This document shows positions 60,301-64,000 of a stretch of 64,000 bases of DNA, piece by piece. The DNA comes from the human T2T-CHM13v2.0 reference genome, Homo sapiens. How positions within the stretch are numbered: position 1 is the stretch's first letter; each line of letters opens with the position of its first letter. The position numbers were made by a program, and so were the translations under genes. Where the stretch lies: the NCBI RefSeq assembly GCF_009914755.1, contig NC_060927.1. One strand, 5' to 3'. A model generated the notes under the pieces. The model had not been told where the DNA came from, ran no database searches, and saw nothing but the letters and a program-made list of their open reading frames with translations.

Positions 60301-63300
60301 ACCATACATAAAATATAAAGGAACCCCAAATATATACGATATACTGTACATGAAATATCAAAGTTCACAAAATATATATTATATACTGTAGATAAAATAT
60401 CAAAGTACCCAAGGTATATATTCTATACTGTACAAAAAATATCAAAGTACCCAAAGCATGTATTATATACTGTACATAAAATATGAAAGTACATCAAATA
60501 TATATTTTATTCTGTACATAAAATATCAAAGTACACCAGATATATATTCTATAGTGTATATAAAGTATCAAAGTACCCAAACTATACATTATATACTGTA
60601 CATAAAATATGAAATTACATCAAATATATATTATATTAGGTACATAAAATATGAAAGTACATGAAGTATAGATTATATACTGTACATAAAATATCAAAGT
60701 ACCCCAAATTTATATTATATACTATACATGAAATATCAAAGTTCACAAACTATATATTATATACTGTACATAAAATATCAAAGTACCCAAAGTATATATT
60801 CTATAGTGTACAAAAAATATCAAAGTACCCAAAGCATGTATTATATACCGTACATAAAATATAAAATTACATCAAATATATATTTTATTCTGTACATAAA
60901 ATATCAAAGTACACCAGATATATATACTATAGTGTACATAAAATATCAAAGTACCCAAACTATACATTATACACTGTACATAAAATATGAAATTATATCA
61001 AATATATATTAGGTACATAAAATATGAAAGTACATCAAATATAGATTATATACTGTAAATATAATATCAATGTACCCCAAATATATATTTTATACTCTAC
61101 ATGAAATATCAAAGTTCACAAACCATATATTATATACTGTACATAAAATATCAAAGTACCCAAGTTATATATTCTATACTGTACAAAAAATATCAAAGTA
61201 CCCAAAGCATGTATTATATACTGTACATAAAATATGAAAGTACATCAAATATATATTTTATTCTGTACATAAAATAACAAAGTACACCAGATATATATTT
61301 TATAGTGTACATAAAATATCAAAGTACCCAAACTATACATTACATACTGTACATAAAATATGGAATTACATCAAATATATATTATATTAGGTACGTAAAA
61401 TATGAAAGTACATCAAATATAGATTATATACCATACATAAAATATAAAGGAACCCCAAATATATATGATATACTCTACATGAAATATCAAAGTTCACAAA
61501 CTATATAATATATACTGTAGATAAAATATCAAAGTACCCAAGGTATATATTCTATACTGTAAACAAAATATCAAAGTACCCAAAGCATGTATTATATACT
61601 GTACATAAAATATGAAAGCACATCAAATATATATTATATTAGGTACATAAAATATGAAAGTACATAAAATATAGATGATATACGATACATAAAATATCAA
61701 AGTAGCCCAAATATATATTATACAGTGTACATGAAATATCAAAATTTACACAATATATATTATATAATATACCTAAAATATCAAAGTACCCAAAGCAAGT
61801 ATTATATACTGTACATAAAAGATGAAAGTACATGAAATATATATTTTATTCTGTACATAAAATATCAAAGTACACCAGATATATATTTTATAGTGTACAT
61901 AAAATATCAAGGTACCCAAACTATACATTATATACTGTACATAAAATATGAAATTACATCAAATATATATTATATTAGGTACGTAAAATATGAAAGTACA
62001 TCAAATATAGATTATATACTGTACATAATATATAAAAGAACCCCAAATATATATTATATACTCTACATGAAATATCAAAATACTCAAACTATATATTATA
62101 TACTGTACATAAAATATCAAAGTACCCAAGGTATATATTCTATACTGTACAAAAAATATCAAAGTACCCAAAGCATGTATTATATACTGTACATAAAATA
62201 TGAAAGTACATGAAATATATATTTTATTCTGTACATAAAATAACAAAGTACACCAGATATATATTTTATAGTGTACATAAAATATCAAAGTACCCAAACT
62301 ATACATTACATACTGTACATAAAATATGAAAGAACATCAAATATATATTATATTAGGTACGTAAAATATGAAAGTACATCAAATATAGATTATATACCAT
62401 ACATAAAATATAAAGGAACCCCAAATATATATGATATACTGTACATGAAATATCAAAGTTCACAAACTATATATTATATACTGTGGATAAAATATCAAAG
62501 TACCCAAGGTATATATTCTATACTGTACAAAAAATATCAAAGTACCCAAAGCATGTATTATATACTGTACATAAAATATGAAAGTACATCAAATATATAT
62601 TTTTTTCTGTACATAAAATAACAAAGTACACCAGACATATATTTTATAGTGTACATAAAATATGAAATTACCCAAAGTATACATTACATACTGTACATAA
62701 AATATGGAATTACATCAAATATATATTATATTAGGTACGTAAAATATGAAAGTACATCAAATATAGATTATATACCATACATAAAATATAAAGGAACCCC
62801 AAATATATATGATATACTGTACATGAAATATCAAAGTTCACAAACTATATATTATATACTGTAGATAAAATATCAAAGTACCCAAGGTATATATTCTATA
62901 ATGTACAAAAAATATCAAAGTACCCAAAGCATGTATTATATACTGTACATAAAATATGAAAGTACATCAAATATATATTTTATTCTGTACATAAAATAAC
63001 AAAGTACACCAGATATATATTTTATAGTGTACATAAAATATCAAAGTACCCAAACTATACATTACATACTGTACATAAAATATGGAATTACATCAAACAT
63101 ATATTATATGAGGTACGTAAAATATGAAAGTACATCAAATATAGATTATATACCATACATAAAATATAAAGGAACCCCAAATATATATGATATACTCTAC
63201 ATGAAATATCAAAGTTCACAAACTATATATTATATACTGTAGATAAAATATCAAAGTACCCAAGGTATATATTCTATACTGTAAAAAAAATATCAAAGTA

Positions 63301-64000
63301 CCCAAAGCATGTATTATATACTGTACATAAAATATGAAAGCACATCAAATATATATTATATTAGGTACATAAAATATGAAAGTACATAAAATATAGATGA
63401 TATACGATACATAAAATATCAAAGTAGCCAAAATATATATTATACAATGTACATGAAATATCAAAATTTACACAATATATATTATATAATATACCTAAAA
63501 TATCAAAGTACCCAAAGCAAGTATTATATGCTGTACATAAAAGATGAAAGTACATCAAATATATATTTTATTCTGTACATAAAATATCAAAGTACACCAG
63601 ATATATATTTTATAGTGTACATAAAATATCAAGGTACCCAAACTATACATTATATACTGTACAAAAAATATGGAATTACATCAAATATATATTATATTAG
63701 GTACGTAAAATATGAAAGTACATCAAATATAGATTATATACCATACATAAAATATAAAGGAACCCCAAATATATATGATATACTGTACATGAAATATCAA
63801 AGTTCACAAACTGTATATTATATACTGTAGATAAAATATCAAAGTACCCAAGGTATATATTCTATACTGTAAAAAAATATCAAAGTACCCAAACATGTAT
63901 TATATACTGTACATAAAATAAGAAAGTACATCAAATATATATTTTATTCTGTACATAAAATAACAAAGTACACCAGATATATATTTTATAGTGTACATAA
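57320..64000 (+). repeat. HOR type-A domain 4 with internal duplications and a short type-B island
   Basis: Type-A markers present. 14-mer cassettes at ~57600, 58940, 59900, 61620 and 63340. B-type HORs at ~60500-61180. Confidence 0.85.

Larger units (their letters stand above)
1..64000 (+). repeat. Human Satellite 1A (HSat1A / SAR / classical Satellite I) tandem array, 42-bp monomer, about 1,520 monomers, extending beyond both window edges
   Basis: Continuous 42-bp periodicity. The monomer is ACATAAAATAT(C/G)AAAGT plus ACCCAAACTATACATTATATACTGT-like sequence with two GTAC sites, which is the 17+25 bp structure of classical satellite I. AT content is very high and the orientation is the same throughout. 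The family was recognised from the consensus, not from a database search. Confidence 0.96.

Noticed and set aside
2352-63558. Minus-strand 65-aa Cys/Tyr-rich ORFs (MMYFHLLCT...)
   Set aside because: They are the antisense reading of the 14-mer cassette and recur only because the cassette does.
160-63830. More than 150 ORFs encoding YIKYQST/YIKYEST repeats, as protein-coding genes
   Set aside because: They are translations of the satellite monomer. Starts and stops track SNVs and indels, stop-creating variants are amplified, and there is no unique sequence or gene context.
1-64000. CRISPR-like array (conserved TGTACATAAAATAT with variable intervening sequence)
   Set aside because: The variable parts are homologous to each other and cycle every nine units. 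There are no unique spacers, leader or cas genes.
1-64000. TATA-like boxes, occasional AATAAA (e.g. ~12991, ~46244, ~56781) and TGTACA palindromes as regulatory sites
   Set aside because: These are expected from the ~80% AT monomer or from single substitutions, with no independent evidence of function.
1-64000. Inversions, transposon insertions, alpha satellite/CENP-B boxes, HSat1B or HSat2/3 segments
   Set aside because: On reading through I saw no reverse-complement monomers, non-satellite sequence, 171-bp units, Alu-derived sequence or CATTC repeats.
1-64000. Assignment to a specific chromosome or individual
   Set aside because: HSat1A occurs on several human chromosomes and related sequence may exist in other apes. 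Placement requires mapping to assemblies.

Overview
The whole 64 kb window is one uninterrupted, single-orientation array of an AT-rich (roughly 20% GC, estimated from a few monomers) 42-bp tandem satellite arranged in 378-bp (9-monomer) higher-order repeats (HORs). The monomer is made of a 17-bp unit (ACATAAAATATCAAAGT) and a 25-bp unit (ACCCAAACTATACATTATATACTGT) bounded by RsaI GTAC sites. This matches classical human Satellite I / HSat1A (Repbase SAR), known from the chr3 and chr4 centromeric regions and the acrocentric short arms. I found no genes, RNA genes, transposon insertions, CRISPR arrays or inversions. All listed ORFs are by-products of the 42-bp period being a multiple of 3 with one stop-free frame. 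I do not see a new gene system here. The informative signal is the array's internal architecture: alternating kb-scale domains of three HOR sequence types (called A, B and C here); structural HOR variants (4-, 5-, 6-, 7-, 8- and 14-mers and a 373-bp deletion form); local 23-mer and 26-mer super-periods; a ~10 kb block duplicated 25-27 kb downstream with traceable indels and a probable gene-conversion tract; and many dispersed paralogous patches. Monomers are labelled m1-m9 by their stop-free translation: m1 QSTQTIH, m2 EITSNIYYIR, m3 ESTSNIDY, m4 QSTPNIY, m5 MKYQSSQT, m6 QSTQGIYS, m7 KKYQSTQSM, m8 ESTSNIYF, m9 QSTPDIY. All comparisons were made by eye, so boundaries are approximate.
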